A model generated the notes under the pieces. It did not search any database, was not told where the DNA came from, and worked only from the letters and a program-made list of their open reading frames with translations. Positions 1 to 1,133 of a stretch of DNA of 1,133 bases are shown here, piece by piece (the stretch's first letter is position 1; each line of letters opens with the position of its first letter). The stretch is taken from assembly GCF_003334815.1 (NCBI RefSeq), contig NZ_QOWO01000106.1. One strand, written 5' to 3'. Source of the stretch: Escherichia coli. Lineage in GTDB: Bacteria > Pseudomonadota > Gammaproteobacteria > Enterobacterales > Enterobacteriaceae. Position numbers and translations under genes: made by a program.

Positions 1-1133
1 AAAAACTGGATCGACAAAGAAGAATATCCGCAATCCGCAGCCATCGACCTGCGTTGCGTAAATATGGTTGCCGATCTGTGGCATGCGCCTGCGCCGAAAA
101 ATGGTCAGGCCGTTGGCACCAACACCATTGGTTCTTCCGAGGCCTGTATGCTCGGCGGGATGGCGATGAAATGGCGTTGGCGCAAGCGTATGGAAGCTGC
201 AGGCAAACCAACGGATAAACCAAACCTGGTGTGCGGTCCGGTACAAATCTGCTGGCATAAATTCGCCCGCTACTGGGATGTGGAGCTGCGTGAGATCCCT
301 ATGCGCCCCGGTCAGTTGTTTATGGACCCGAAACGCATGATTGAAGCCTGTGACGAAAACACCATCGGCGTGGTGCCGACTTTCGGCGTGACCTACACTG
401 GTAACTATGAGTTCCCACAACCGCTGCACGATGCGCTGGATAAATTCCAGGCCGATACCGGTATCGACATCGACATGCACATCGACGCTGCCAGCGGTGG
501 CTTCCTGGCACCGTTCGTCGCCCCGGATATCGTCTGGGACTTCCGCCTGCCGCGTGTGAAATCGATCAGTGCTTCAGGCCATAAATTCGGTCTGGCTCCG
601 CTGGGCTGCGGCTGGGTTATCTGGCGTGACGAAGAAGCGCTGCCGCAGGAACTGGTGTTCAACGTTGACTACCTGGGTGGTCAAATTGGTACTTTTGCCA
701 TCAACTTCTCCCGCCCGGCGGGTCAGGTAATTGCACAGTACTATGAATTCCTGCGCCTCGGTCGTGAAGGCTATACCAAAGTACAGAACGCCTCTTACCA
801 GGTTGCCGCTTATCTGGCGGATGAAATCGCCAAACTGGGGCCGTATGAGTTCATCTGTACGGGTCGCCCGGACGAAGGCATCCCGGCGGTTTGCTTCAAA
901 CTGAAAGATGGTGAAGATCCGGGATACACCCTGTACGACCTCTCTGAACGTCTGCGTCTGCGCGGCTGGCAGGTTCCGGCCTTCACTCTCGGCGGTGAAG
1001 CCACCGACATCGTGGTGATGCGCATTATGTGTCGTCGCGGCTTCGAAATGGACTTTGCTGAACTGTTGCTGGAAGACTACAAAGCCTCCCTGAAATATCT
1101 CAGCGATCACCCGAAACTGCAGGGTATTGCCCA
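1..1133 (+). CDS. gadB: Glutamate decarboxylase (PLP-dependent, EC 4.1.1.15), GadB/GadA type; internal fragment covering residues ~82-458 of the 466-aa protein, partial at both ends (5' and 3' ends lie outside the window)
   Basis: Frame +1 is open across the entire window with no stop codon (377 full codons plus 2 nt). My manual translation reproduces the E. coli GadB/GadA sequence as I recall it, including the PLP-lysine motif [11 protein letters not shown], the [14 protein letters not shown] hairpin segment and the C-terminal ...[14 protein letters not shown]. Codon usage is typical of an enterobacterial gene. Recognition is from memory, not a database search. gadA and gadB encode proteins that differ only in the N-terminal ~22 residues, which are outside this window, so the symbol gadB is an arbitrary choice between the two paralogs; gadA is equally possible. 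Confidence 0.96.
583..585 (+). other. gadB: Codon for the PLP Schiff-base lysine (Lys276 in GadB numbering) within the motif [10 protein letters not shown]
   Basis: Codon AAA at 583-585 is preceded by CAT (His275) at 580-582, inside the translated [11 protein letters not shown]. Lys276 as the PLP-binding residue is established from GadB biochemistry and structure; the residue number follows from aligning window nt 1-3 to Lys82. Confidence 0.85.
655..696 (+). other. gadB: Segment encoding residues ~300-313 ([14 protein letters not shown]), which corresponds to the pH-responsive beta-hairpin region described for GadB
   Basis: Translation of 655-696 gives [14 protein letters not shown]. The assignment to the beta-hairpin that rearranges with pH is recalled from GadB crystal-structure literature, and my numbering could be off by a few residues. 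Confidence 0.5.

Noticed and set aside
320-511. 63-aa ORF on the minus strand
   Set aside because: Antisense shadow ORF; Arg/Cys-rich composition ([12 protein letters not shown]) is characteristic of spurious reading of the complement of a real gene.
405-662. 85-aa ORF on the minus strand
   Set aside because: Antisense shadow ORF inside the gad coding region; Ser/Cys/Gly/Ala-rich low-complexity translation typical of out-of-frame reading, with no supporting signals.
810-1025. 71-aa ORF on the minus strand
   Set aside because: Antisense shadow ORF, overlapping the 178-aa minus-strand ORF in another frame, inside the gad CDS; Arg/Ser/Pro-rich with no evidence of coding.
574-1110. 178-aa ORF on the minus strand ([16 protein letters not shown]...)
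   Set aside because: It lies entirely antisense to the strongly supported gad CDS, and the translated protein is not recognisable to me as any known family. Long antisense shadow ORFs are common opposite codon-biased, moderately GC-rich genes. There is no intergenic space for its own promoter or RBS.
1-1133. Possibility of a novel or undescribed system, regulatory RNA, mobile element or CRISPR array in the window
   Set aside because: Every nucleotide is accounted for by one well-characterised CDS in a single continuous frame. There is no non-coding space, no repeat-spacer architecture, no inverted terminal repeats and no tRNA/rRNA-like structure. Known gad-associated small RNAs such as GadY lie in other intergenic regions, not inside gadA/gadB.

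Overview
The whole 1133-nt window is the interior of a single + strand gene: the pyridoxal-5'-phosphate-dependent glutamate decarboxylase of Escherichia/Shigella (GadA/GadB, acid-resistance system AR2). Frame +1 is open from nt 1 to nt 1133 with no stop codon, and by my own translation it matches, residue for residue as far as I can recall it, GadB/GadA residues 82-458 ([88 protein letters not shown]...[190 protein letters not shown]). The gene is truncated at both ends by the window: the first 81 codons and the last 8 codons plus stop are missing. There is no intergenic DNA, so no promoter, RBS, terminator, RNA gene, mobile element or CRISPR array can be supported. The four minus-strand ORFs in the six-frame track are antisense shadow ORFs of this gene. 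I do not see evidence of a novel or undescribed system; this is an ordinary, well-characterised gene interior, and the observations below are of modest interest.
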